The notes beneath the pieces are model-generated. The model was not told where the DNA came from. It saw nothing but the letters and a program-made list of their open reading frames with translations, and made no database searches. This document shows, one piece after another, positions 54,641-64,000 of a DNA stretch of 64,000 nucleotides. The stretch comes from an uncultured Chloroflexia bacterium (GTDB taxonomy: Bacteria; Chloroflexota; Limnocylindria; Limnocylindrales; CSP1-4). Position 1 is the first letter of the stretch. The number at the start of each line of letters is the position of its first letter. The stretch is taken from assembly GCA_963697275.1 (NCBI GenBank), contig CAVONF010000005.1, positions 363,741 through 427,740 of the forward strand, in the 5' to 3' direction. Made by a program: the position numbers and the translations under genes.

Positions 54641-55549
54641 ATGGCCAGACCGCTGAAGGTGGGCGTGCAGCTGCCGGAGGTCGAGTACGAGGCGCGCTGG
54701 CCAGAGCTGGCCGGGATGGCGGGGCTGGCCGAGGACATCGGTCTCGACTCGATCTGGGTCGGGGACCACTACCTGTACCGCGATGACGGGCACGCACGGG
54801 GCCCCTGGGAGGCCTGGACACAGCTGGCCGCGCTGGCGGCGGTGACATCACGGGTGGAGCTTGGCCCGCTGGTGGCCGCCACGGCCTTCCACCAGCCGGC
54901 CGTGCTGGCCAAGTTCGCTGCCACCGTGGACGAGATCAGCGGCGGCCGTCTCATCCTGGGTCTCGGTGCCGGCTGGAACGCCACCGAGTTCGCCGCCTTC
55001 GGCTTCCCCTACGACCAGCGCGTGGCACGTTTCGAGGAGGCCTTCACCATCATCCGGACGCTGCTGTCCGAGGGCGCCATCGATCACGCGGGCCGCTTCT
55101 ATCAGCTGCGCGACTGCGAGCTGCTGCCGCGTGGACCGCGTCCGGGAGGGCTGCCCATCCTCATCGGGTCGAGCGGCCCGCGCATGCTGCGCATCACCAT
55201 GCCCTGGGTGCACGCCTGGAACGCCTGGTACACCACCTACGGCAACGCCCCGGCCGGGATCGCCGCCCAGCGGGAGCTGGTGGACGCGGCCTGCCGGGAG
55301 GTCGGTCGTGATCCGGGCGAGGTGGAGCGCACGGTGGCCGTCTTCGTGCGCCTGCCCGGCGCCACCGGTCAGCGCGACTTCGATAGCGGGCGCGCGCCGG
55401 CCGTGGACGGTCCGCCGGAGCAGGTGGCCCAGGTGCTGCGCGATCTCGCCGCCGAGGGCATCGGTCACGTGCAGCTCGTCATCGATCCCGTGACGTCGGC
55501 CGGCGTGGCTTCGCTGGCGCCGATCCTGGAAGCACTGGACGCCGGCTGA
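54641..55549 (+). CDS. LLM-class F420-dependent oxidoreductase
   Basis: 'MARPLKVGVQLP...IWVGDHYLY...GRLILGLGAGWNATEFAAFGFPY'. Confidence 0.75.
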   Translation: MARPLKVGVQLPEVEYEARWPELAGMAGLAEDIGLDSIWVGDHYLYRDDGHARGPWEAWTQLAALAAVTSRVELGPLVAATAFHQPAVLAKFAATVDEISGGRLILGLGAGWNATEFAAFGFPYDQRVARFEEAFTIIRTLLSEGAIDHAGRFYQLRDCELLPRGPRPGGLPILIGSSGPRMLRITMPWVHAWNAWYTTYGNAPAGIAAQRELVDAACREVGRDPGEVERTVAVFVRLPGATGQRDFDSGRAPAVDGPPEQVAQVLRDLAAEGIGHVQLVIDPVTSAGVASLAPILEALDAG

Positions 55550-55597
55550 GCGGGGCTCCCCGCCGGCAACCGCGCCCGGCCGGCGGCCACGCCCGGC

Positions 55598-56597
55598 TCA
55601 GCCGAAGCGCTCGCGCAGGCGCGGCAGGATGTGCTCGGCATAGAGCGCCATGGATCGCTCCTGGTCGTCGCCGGGGAAGTGGAAGACGAGGTGGTCGAAG
55701 CCCCACTCGATGTAGGGGCGGATCTGCTCCACATGCTCGTCGGGGTCGTCCGAGACGAGCCAGCGCCGGTGCGCCACGTTCTCGACGCCCTTGGCGAGGC
55801 GCTCCATCTCGCGGGGGTCCTCGACCCCCACCTTCTGCTCGCCGGGCAGGGCCAGGGCGGCCCAGATCCTGGTGTCCGCCATGGCGCGCTCCTGGTCGGT
55901 GTCGAAGCTGACCTTCATCTCGATCATGCGCTCGATGGCGTCATCACTGCGGCCGGCCTTCTCGAGACCCTCGGCCACGGCCGGCAGGAGCTGCTCGGTG
56001 TAGAGCTCGGGGGCCTTGCCGGAGGTGGCGATGAAGCCGTCACCGATGCGACCGGCGAGGCGCGCCGCGGCCGGTCCTGAGCCGGCGATCCAGACGGGCA
56101 CCGGCTCCGCCGGTCGGTCATACAGGGTCGCGTTGTGGGTGCGGTAGAACTCGCCCTCGAAGCTGACGAACTCCTCGCGGAAGAGCTCGCTGCATGAGCA
56201 GCACCGATTCCTTGAGCCGGTGGAAGCGCTCCTTCTGCTCCGGCCACTCCACGCCGACGACGACCTCGTTGAGTGACTCTCCGGTACCCACGCCGAGCAC
56301 GATGCGGCCGGGGGCCAGGCAGCCCAGCGTGGCGAAGGCCTGGGCCACCACGGCGGGGTTGTAGCGGAGCGTCGGCGTCAGGACGCTGGTGCCCAGGACG
56401 ATGCGCTGCGTGGCGACGGCCGCCGCGCCCAGCCACGCCAGCGCGTTGGGGGCGTGACCGTCGGTGTGGCGCCAGGGCTGGAAGTGGTCGCTGGTCCAGG
56501 CGGATTCGAAGCCGTGGCGTTCGGCTGCGAGGGTGAAGTCGAGGAGCTGGCGCGGTCCGAACTGTTCCGCGGAGGCCTTGTATCCGAGTCGAAGCAT
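55598..56597 (-). CDS. fgd: F420-dependent glucose-6-phosphate dehydrogenase (Fgd), single frameshift near 56195
   Basis: '[56 protein letters not shown]...[36 protein letters not shown]' closely matches mycobacterial Fgd1. The C-terminal half '[22 protein letters not shown]...[11 protein letters not shown]' is in the +1 frame. Confidence 0.8.
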
Positions 56598-56672
56598 GCT
56601 GTCCTTTCCGGCGCCGGGGGATCGCCGTGACCACGATGAGGGTCGAATCATCCCGCCACGACCGGAATCCCG

Positions 56673-57440
56673 CTACGCACCCGGGCTGGGGGTCTCGGCG
56701 ATCTCGTGGTAGGGGTCGTGCAGCTGGAGCGGCTGGCTGTTCCTGGAGGAGTGGCGGATGTTGAGCGCCTCGACCAGGACCGCGAAGCCCATCGCGAAGT
56801 AGATGTAGCCCTTGTCGATGTGCTGGCCCAGGCCATCGGCGACCAGGGTGAAGCCGATGAGCAGCAGGAACGCCAGGGCCAGCATCTTGAGGGTCGGGTG
56901 GCGGTCGATGACGCGCGTCACGTAGCCGGAGGCCAGCAGCATGACCACGACGGCGATGACGACCGCGGCGATCATGACCGCCAGCTCGTTGGCCATGCCC
57001 ACGGCGGTGATGACCGAGTCCAGGCTGAAGATGATGTCCAGCAGCATGATCTGGACGATGACGCCCCAGAAGGAGTTGGCTCGTCCGGTGTCGCGGACGT
57101 GGTCATCGCCCTCCATCCGGCCGTGGATCTCCCAGGTCGCCTTGGCCAGCAGGAAGAGGCCGCCGGCGATGAGGATGATGTCGCGGCCGGAGAACTCCTG
57201 GCCGAGGAGCTCGAACAGCGGCTGCGTCAGGCTGACCACCCAGTTGATGCCCAGCAGCAGCAGGATGCGCATGCCCATGGCCGCCAGGATCCCGACGCGC
57301 CGCGCGTTGTCGCGCTGGTCCGGGGGCAGCTTGTTGGCGAGGATGGAGATGAAGATGATGTTGTCGATGCCGAGGACGATCTCCAGCGCCGTCAGCGTCA
57401 GCAGCGCGACCCAGACCTCGGGGTTGGTGAGCAGATCCAC
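56673..57440 (-). CDS. TerC-family integral membrane protein
   Basis: 'LTALEIVLGIDNIIFISILANKLPPDQR...SLDSVITAVGMA'. Confidence 0.8.
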   Translation of the reverse strand: MDLLTNPEVWVALLTLTALEIVLGIDNIIFISILANKLPPDQRDNARRVGILAAMGMRILLLLGINWVVSLTQPLFELLGQEFSGRDIILIAGGLFLLAKATWEIHGRMEGDDHVRDTGRANSFWGVIVQIMLLDIIFSLDSVITAVGMANELAVMIAAVVIAVVVMLLASGYVTRVIDRHPTLKMLALAFLLLIGFTLVADGLGQHIDKGYIYFAMGFAVLVEALNIRHSSRNSQPLQLHDPYHEIAETPSPGA

Positions 57441-57449
57441 GGGGCGACC

Positions 57450-58188
57450 CTATCCTTTGCGGGCGGTGACGTTGAGGCGAACATAGTCGATGGCGAGGAC
57501 GCCGATGCGGTCGACCATGGCATCCGCCAGGCGGTGCAGCTCGTCGTCGGGCAGGCCGGTGGCCGGGCGAAGGTAGGGCGTCACGATGTAGTCGATCATG
57601 TCCTCGCGCGTCTCGAAGGTGATGGTCCGCGGCTCAAGCCAGGCCGCGGCGTCGACGAACCCGGTGGCCTCCAGGCGAGCCAGGGTCTCCGTTCGGGCCG
57701 GCCATGTGGAAGTGCTGAGCGGTCTCCACGCCCTGGTCGCGCGCGGCGCTGATGATGTCCGCCGCGTTGCCCTCGCCACCGCACTGGAACGAGAGCTGCC
57801 CGCCTGGCCGCAGGGCACCCGCGAGGCCCGCGAAGAGGGCATCGTGATCGAGGATCCAGTGGAAGGTGGCCGTGGACATGATGGCATCGACGGGTCCATC
57901 GATGGGCCATGGGGGCCTGCCCAGGTCGGCCTGGAGACAGGTCACGCGGTCCGCGAACCGCTCGAGGCGACGAGCGGCTTCGGCGAGCATGGAGGCCGAG
58001 CCGTCGAGGGCGATGACTCGACCACGCGGCAGGCGCTCGAGCAGCTGCTCGGTGAGGCGTCCTGAGCCGCAGCCTGCGTCGAGGACGCGCTCGTCCCCGG
58101 TCAGGACGAGGCGATCAAGGGCCGCTGCGCCCATGGCCGCGTGGGGGGCCGAGATGCGGTCATAGGCATCGCCGCGCCAGTCGCCCAT
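57450..58188 (-). CDS. Class I SAM-dependent methyltransferase (trans-aconitate methyltransferase Tam-like), single frameshift near 57690
   Basis: 'RVLDAGCGSGRLTEQLLERLPRGRVIALDGSASML'. The Tam-like C-terminus is in a shifted frame. Confidence 0.65.
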
Positions 58189-58301
58189 GGCCGCAAGCGT
58201 AGCGGTCCCACGCAGGCGCTCGCCCGACCGCATTGCCAGGCAGCACCGCGTCATCGAGCGCGACACGGGCCCTGCCCGTCCACCGCTACGATGTCTCGGC
58301 C

Positions 58302-60067
58302 ATGCCCGACCCCGAGCAGCTCATCGAGACTCATCCGCGCCAGTGTCATCGGCGACGACGAAGCCTTCGCCGGCCCCTTCGGCATCCGTCGCGTCACCTA
58401 TGCCGACTACACCGCCTCCGGGCGCAACCTGACCTTCATCGAGGACTACATCCGCGAGCAGGTCATGCCGCTCTACGCCAACACGCATACCGAATCGTCG
58501 GGCACCGGCCTGCAGACGACCGCGCTTCCGTGAAGATGCCCGGGACATCATCCGCGCCGCCCTCAACGCACCCCGCGAGGACTACGCGGTCATCTTCTGC
58601 GGGTCGGGCTCCACGGCCGCCGTGGACAAGCTCGTCGGCATCCTCAACCTGCGCATCCCGGCCGACCTGGACCGTCGCTACGGCCTCAGCCGCCACATCC
58701 CGGCCCGGGACCGCCCCGTCGTCTTCATCGGCCCCTACGAGCACCATTCGAACGAACTGCCGTGGCGTGAGTCGATCGCCGAGGTCATCACCATCCGCGA
58801 AGACCGCGACGGGCACATCGACCTGGCGCACCTGGCCGAGGAGCTCGACCGCCATGCCGACCGCCCCCTCCGGATCGGCTCCTTCTCGGCGGCCTCCAAC
58901 GTGACCGGTATCCATTCGGACACGCGCGCCATCTCCGTGCTGCTCCATCGGCACGGTGCGCTGGCGTTCTGGGACTACGGCGCCGCGGCCCCGTACCTGC
59001 AGATGAACATGCGGCCGCACCGTCCCGCCCCCGACGACGACGAGCGCGACCAGGACGGCGACGCCGAGCTGGACACCAAGGACGCCGTCTTCATCTCGCC
59101 CCACAAGTTCATCGGTGGCCCCGGCACGCCCGGGCTGCTCGTGGTCCGGCGCGGACTGCTGACCAACTCCGTGCCGGCCGTGCCCGGCGGGGGCACCGTC
59201 GCCTACGTCAACGCCCTCGAGCACGTCTACCTGGACGACCCCGAGCATCGCGAGGAAGGCGGCACCCCGGCCATCATCGAATCGATCCGGGCCGGGCTCG
59301 TCTTCCAGCTCAAGGAGCAGGTCGGAGCGGAGGCCATCCGAGAGAACGAGGAGTCCTTCATCGAGCGTGCGCTCGATCGCTGGTCAGCGGTCCCCGGCCT
59401 CGAGATCCTCGGCGACCTGGGCGCGCGCCGGCTCTCCATCGTCAGCTTCGTCATCCGCCACGGCGACCGCTACCTGCACCACAACTACGTGGTGGCGCTG
59501 CTCAACGACCTCTTCGGCATCCAGTCGCGCGGCGGCTGCTCCTGCGCCGGTCCCTACGGCCACCGCCTGCTGGGCATCGACATCGAGACCTCCCACGAGT
59601 TCGAGCGCGAGATCACCCGCGGCTGCGAGGGCATCAAGCCCGGCTGGGTCCGCGTCAACTTCAACTACTTCATCAGCGAGACGGTCTTCCGCTTCATCCT
59701 CGACGCGGTCGAGCTGGTCGCCCGTGACGGCTGGCGCCTGCTGCCGCAGTACCGCTTCGAGCCTGCCAGCGGCCTGTGGCGCCACGTCGGCGGCCAGGTG
59801 GAGGCGCCGCTCTCGCTGCACGACATCCGCTACACGGCGAGCGGCATGGAGTTCGCGACCCACCACCACCATGAGCCCGAATCACGGCTGGCCGACTACC
59901 TGGCCGAGGCGCGGGCACTGCTGGCCCACCCGCCCATCCCGACCGTCGCGCCGCAGCGGTCCGCCGACCTCGACGTGGGCGAGGATTTCGAGGGTCTGCG
60001 CTGGTTCCTCATGCCCGACGAGGCAGCCGCGGAGCTGGCCGCCGCGACACCGACGGTCCGGTCTTGA
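58302..60067 (+). CDS. Aminotransferase class V-fold PLP-dependent protein (cysteine-desulfurase/selenocysteine-lyase-like), 2 frameshifts in the N-terminal 250 nt
   Basis: 'RRVTYADYTASGR...MPLYANTHTESSGTGLQTTA', 'DYAVIFCGSGSTAAVDKL', '...ISPHKFIGGPGTPG'. 'MPDPEQLIET' is in yet another frame. Confidence 0.6.
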
Positions 60068-60118
60068 GCGTGGCGTGTCCGCCACCTCTCGACCGTCCGT
60101 TACCCAGCCCGGCTGCCG

Positions 60119-60578
60119 CTACTCGACCGGCCAGTAGACCTCCGTCTGCGTGCGTGCCGGATCGGGCTCCTGGTCGGGATCGGTAAGGTAGACCTCCCAC
60201 ATGACCGCCGCAGGCGTGCGGCCCTGGGCCTCGATCCAGGCCCGCAGGGCGTCATAGGTCTCGCCCAGCGAGTCATACGAGCCGATGTGCAGGGCCACGG
60301 CGGCGTCGCAGCCGCCCAGCTCGGAGGCCTTCACCTCGTCATCGCCGCTGAAGGGTGTCTCCACCGTGATGCCGCACTCGAAGTCGACCACGTCATCGTC
60401 GAAGCTGAAGTAGCGGGCGAAGACTGCTCCGGCGGGCACGCCCCCGGAGCGCGTCACTGCCTCGAAGACCCTGCCGAAGGCCTCGCCCATGACTCGTGCT
60501 GATCTCGTTGACGTCGCAGCGCAGGTGGATGACCGCCGTGTCCTGGCGGGGTACGAAGCGGATCTCGTAGCCGTTCAT
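60119..60578 (-). CDS. GyrI-like (AraC-effector-binding-fold) small-molecule-binding protein, single frameshift near 60490
   Basis: 'MNGYEIRFVPRQDTAVIHLRCDV' then, in the next frame, 'MGEAFGRVFEAV...WEVYLTDPDQEPDPARTQTEVYWPVE'. Paralog of 62572..63054. Confidence 0.6.
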
Positions 60579-60600
60579 CGGGTCGATCCTCCGGATCTGT

Positions 60601-61609
60601 CTAGCCGACCGAGTCGGCGCTCACCTCGTGGACGGGCGCACCGGTCTGCTCGAAGGCGGTCAGGTTGGCCATGGTCGTCTCGGCGATGTTGGCCAGCGCC
60701 TCCTCGGTGAAGAAGCCCTGGTGTGCCGTGATGAGCACATTGGGGAAGGTCAACAGGCGGGCGAAGGTATCGTCGGAGATGATGTCCGCACTGCGATCCC
60801 GGAAGAAGCCGAGGGCGTCCTCCTCCTCGTAGACGTCCAGGCCCAGGTAGCCGATGCGACCGTCCTTGAGCGCCTCGATGGCTGCCTCGGTGTCGATGAG
60901 GCCGCCGCGGCTGGTGTTCACGATCATGACGCCGGGCTTGACCAGGGCCAGTGTCTCGCGGTTGACGAGGTGGTGGGTCGCGCTCGTCAATGGAGCATGG
61001 AGCGCGATGATGTCGGCCTCGGCGAACAGCTCCGGCAGTTCCGCATACCTGGCACCGAGGCTGCGCATCTCCTCGTTGGGATAGGGGTCGTAGGCCATGA
61101 GGCGGCAACCGAAGCCGCTCATGATGCGGGCGAAGACGGTTCCGATGCGGCCGCTGCCGACGATGCCCACGCAGCGACCGTGCAGGTCGAAGCCCAGCAG
61201 TCCCTCCAGCGCGAAGTTGCCGTCGCGGACGCGGTTGTAGGCGCGGTGGGTGCGTCGGTCGAGGGCCAGGATGAGTGCGGCGGCATGCTCAGCCACGGCG
61301 TGTGGCGAGTAGGCGGGGACCCGGCCGACCCGGATGCCGAGTTCGCGGGCCACCTCGAGGTCGACGTTGTTGAAGCCTGCCGCGCGCAGGGCCACGAAGC
61401 ATGGTCCCATTTCGGGCCAGCTCGCGAAGCAGCTTCTCGTTCAGCTCATCGTGCACGAAGGCGCAGACGGCCGGGTAGCCGGCCGCCAGGGGTGCGTTCT
61501 CGCAGCAAAGCCTGGCCTCGAAGAAGTCGAGCTCGTGGCCGCTGTCCTCGGCGGCGCGGCTCAGGGATGTCTGGTCGTAGGGCTTGGTGCTGAAGACGGC
61601 GACGCGCAT
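60601..61609 (-). CDS. D-isomer-specific 2-hydroxyacid dehydrogenase (D-lactate dehydrogenase-like), single frameshift near 61400
   Basis: 'MRVAVFSTKPYDQTSL...' then 'FNNVDLEVARELGIRVGRVPAYSPHAVAEHAA...GIVGSGRIGTVFARIM...NTSRGGLID...AHQGFFT'. Confidence 0.75.
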
Positions 61610-61699
61610 GTATGGAGGGTAGAGCAACGGGCCGGGAGCATCGCTCCCGGCCCGTGTCGATCGCCGTCTCGGCTGGCGTTGCCGCCGCGTGTCTGTGGG

Positions 61700-62500
61700 C
61701 TACTCGATCTCGAACTGGATGAAGACGTTGACGCTGAGCTCGACCTCGCCCGGCAGGACCGGGGTGGGGGCGGCGCTGGCGGCCATGTCGAAGGCCATCT
61801 CGGCGCGGTCCATGTAGATGGGCTGCGGCTGCGCCCCGCCCGACTCGCTGATGCTGATGATGCCGATGATGGTGACACCGGCCTCGGCGGCGAGCTGGTC
61901 GGCCTTGGCGCGAGCATCGGCGACGGCCGCGCTGCGAGCTTCGGTCTCGGCAGCCGTGGGATCCTCCACGCGGAAGCTGATGCCGTTGATGTTGGTGGCA
62001 CCGGCGGCGGTGGCGGCATCCACGACGTCACCGACGGCCTCGATGTCACGGACCGTGACACGGACCTGGTTGCTGGCCTCCCAGCCTTCGATCTCGGGCG
62101 GGTTCTCGTCCCAGTCGTAGAGCGGGTTGAGGCTAAGCGTGGTGGTCTGGATGTCGGCCTCGGCGACGCCGGCCTCCAGGAGCGCCTTGATGACGGCATC
62201 CATGGTGGTGGCGGCCTCGCCGGCCGCGGCCTTGGCGTCCTCACCCTGCTTGGTCACGCCGAGGTTGACATCGGCGACGTCCGGCTCGGCCTTGACGCGG
62301 CCGGTGCCGTTGACGCTGATGGAGCGGACAGTGTCGCCGTCGTCGGACTGGGCCTGGGCGGCGCCCACGGCCGGGCCTGCGAGTGCGGCGGCCAGGAGCC
62401 CGATGGCCAGCCCGCCGGCGAGCCAGCGGATCCCGGGACGGTTCGGGGATGAGGGTGGTGGTCACTGTGGTGGTTCCTCCGTGTGGTCGTTCGCGTGTGG
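61700..62500 (-). CDS. SIMPL-domain (DUF541) secreted protein, YggE-like; frameshift in the signal-peptide n-region at a CCCGGG run
   Basis: 'IRWLAGGLAIGLLAAALAGPAVGAAQA' signal peptide, then 'ISVNGTGRVKAEPDVADVNLGV...'. No in-frame start unless shifted to GTG 'MTTTLIPEPSR'. Confidence 0.6.
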
Positions 62501-62571
62501 TTCCTGCGCCAGCGCATGCCGGCACCGCACCCCGTATCGACGCCGCACGCCCGGGTGCGGTTCCCTGGGCG

Positions 62572-63054
62572 TCAGGGCCTCCGCAGCGGGTAGATGACCT
62601 CGGTGATCCAGCGGGAAGGATCGGGCTCCCGGGATGGGTCGGTCAGGTAGATCTCCCAGGGACCACCGCTGGCCACGTGGCTGGTACTCGCGATCCAGGC
62701 CTCGATGGCTGCGTAGGTCGCGGGCAAGCCTTCGTAGGGACCGACATGGACGGCGATGGCCGCCGGGCCGGCCGGCAGTTGGCCGGGCTTGACCTCGCCG
62801 TCGGGCTGGATCGGTGCCGCCACGGGCATGCCGGCCTCGACGTCCACCGTGGCACCGAAGCTGTGATATCGCGCGAATGGTGCGCCGGCCGCAGACACAC
62901 CCTGCTTGCTGACGGCCTGGCTGACGGCCTGGAAGATGCGTCCGATGGTCACGGGGATGTCGTCCCTTCGGACGGTCTCGCGGACGGTCGCGGTGTTCTG
63001 CGCCCTGAGCACTCGGAGCTCGATCTTGGAGGAAGGGCCCCTCGGTTCTGCCAT
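62572..63054 (-). CDS. GyrI-like small-molecule-binding protein (intact paralog)
   Basis: 'SKIELRVLRAQNTATVRETV...WEIYLTDPSREPDPSRWITEVIYPLR'. 160 aa. Confidence 0.65.
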   Translation of the reverse strand: MAEPRGPSSKIELRVLRAQNTATVRETVRRDDIPVTIGRIFQAVSQAVSKQGVSAAGAPFARYHSFGATVDVEAGMPVAAPIQPDGEVKPGQLPAGPAAIAVHVGPYEGLPATYAAIEAWIASTSHVASGGPWEIYLTDPSREPDPSRWITEVIYPLRRP

Positions 63055-63640
63055 GCCGGGTACCTCGCTGGTGTGATGGTGCTTGGCGTGCTGGTGCTGG
63101 CGTGCTGGCTCGGCTCTGGCTGGATGCTAGCGCCTTGCGTCCGGCTTTGACAGGCCGGATCCCTGCGCTGCGGTGGACGGATGCGGCTCTTCTCGGCCAT
63201 CGGCCGAGCCCTCACGCCCTCCGCGGTCAGCGCCGCCCGGGCCGGCCTTTCATCGTTGCCCGACGCCAGCTCGAGTCCGAGGATTCGACGCTCCCCGCCC
63301 GTCGCCCCCGGTGGCCACGAGGGCCGCCATGTGCACGACCCGGCCGCCATCACGGACGTTGACGTATGGGGCATCGAGCCAGAGGTACGGATAGGACGTA
63401 GGCCTCCTGGACCACCGCGATCAGGGCCCGCTCGGCCCGCCGGCGCGGCTCGAGCAGGCTGGGGAAGTAGCTGCCGCCATGGACACGGGGAATGGACAGC
63501 CCGATGGTGCCGACGCGGGTGTCCCAGCGGCGCTCGGTAGCCGTTGCGCTAGGTGCCGCGATGTTCGGGGTCGCGCACACCATGGAGCACGCCGGTGACC
63601 TAGGCCTCCATCACCGCCGCGGCGAGCAACTGCACGCCCC
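62949..63640 (-). mobile_element. Degenerate IS256-family (Mutator-type) transposase remnant: frameshifts plus an internal deletion of about 50 codons
   Basis: 'WDTRVGTIGLSIPRVHGGSYFPSLLEPRRRAERALIAVVQEAYV', 'YLWLDAPYVNVRDGGRVVHMAALVATG' and 'ERRILGLELASGNDE' sit in three frames. They match conserved IS256/IS1081 transposase blocks. No inverted repeats were identified. Confidence 0.7.
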
Positions 63641-63770
63641 GGTGCAGGCCGTACCGCGGGGTAACCCCGGGAACACCTTCTGATGCGATGGACAAGGCGA
63701 GGCCCCCACCCCAGTCTCGTCGCCGCGAGGCGCGAGGGAACAGGAGTGGGGGCGAACTGTGTGGTTTGCG

Positions 63771-64000
63771 CTACTCGGCGAAGTCGCGCGACCAGAGGTT
63801 TTCGAGATCGGCGACGTTTTCCTGGGTCGCGACACGACCGGCGACCAGGCAGCCGTCTTCGCCACACCCGGGATCTTCACCGCTCATGATTGCGGTCAGG
63901 ACGCGCACGGCCTCCTCTGCATGAGCGAAGGCGTCGTACGTGGTCGTGACGTCGACGTAGCCGCCTTCCATGGCTTCCAGCGCCTCGGGGAACAGGTCCT
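63771..64000 (-). CDS. 3' end of an unidentified gene running off the window
   Basis: An ORF ending '...ENVADLENLWSRDFAE*' continues upstream beyond the window end. Family not recognised. Confidence 0.3.
   Translation of the reverse strand, partial: DLFPEALEAMEGGYVDVTTTYDAFAHAEEAVRVLTAIMSGEDPGCGEDGCLVAGRVATQENVADLENLWSRDFAE

Noticed and set aside
63270-63300. 'GTCGAATCCTCGG' resembling a tRNA T-arm.
   Set aside because: It lies inside the IS256 transposase remnant coding sequence. No acceptor stem or anticodon arm context, so it is coincidental.

Overview
This is a high-GC (about 70%) bacterial chromosomal segment that looks actinobacterial (deep-branching Actinomycetota/Thermoleophilia type); the lineage guess is inference only. 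It carries about 55 genes at high coding density, with about one third apparently broken by frameshifts.

Gene content, in order of position:
- a sugar ABC transporter (substrate-binding protein plus two permeases) next to an IclR regulator and a TPP-dependent enzyme;
- a stand-alone RibA-like GTP cyclohydrolase II coupled to a short-chain dehydrogenase/reductase (SDR);
- an SGNH hydrolase coupled to an N-methyltryptophan/sarcosine oxidase;
- a TetR regulator with an MFS (DHA2) efflux pump;
- AlkA-like 3-methyladenine DNA glycosylase, a SpoIID/FG-GAP surface protein, UDP-glucose 6-dehydrogenase, a Rieske–VanZ fusion and a DUF4349 protein;
- two luciferase-like (LLM) oxidoreductases and Fgd (F420-dependent glucose-6-phosphate dehydrogenase), indicating F420 metabolism;
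- nickel superoxide dismutase and its maturation protease (sodN–sodX);
- a split sulfate-assimilation set: sbp–cysTWA and cysDN, separated by an insert carrying a Ca2+/cation antiporter coupled to a P-type ATPase, a GT4 glycosyltransferase and a TauE exporter;
- a LysM membrane protein, a tandem-TPM/DUF2207 protein, a homocysteine S-methyltransferase/MTHFR fusion, a DUF885 putative peptidase and a GNAT acetyltransferase;
- glgP and glgA (divergent), an S8 subtilase, FabI, an isoprenylcysteine carboxyl methyltransferase (ICMT), DUF427, TerC, a Tam-like methyltransferase and a class-V aminotransferase-like protein;
- D-lactate dehydrogenase, a SIMPL protein, two GyrI-like paralogs, and a decayed IS256-family transposase remnant at the 3' end.

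The most striking global property is frameshift density: at least 19 of about 55 genes need one to four frame changes to restore an obvious full-length homolog. Several breaks sit at homopolymer runs, while neighbouring genes up to 1.5 kb are intact. I cannot tell from the sequence alone whether this is sequencing/assembly error or real pseudogene formation.

No obvious defence island, CRISPR array, tRNA or rRNA was found. Noteworthy local signals are short exact tandem duplications in intergenic DNA, AT-rich dyads upstream of both sulfur operons, paired AT-rich palindromes, a three-frame-stop AT island between tetR and the MFS gene, and two in-frame gene fusions (IclR–TPP enzyme, Rieske–VanZ).
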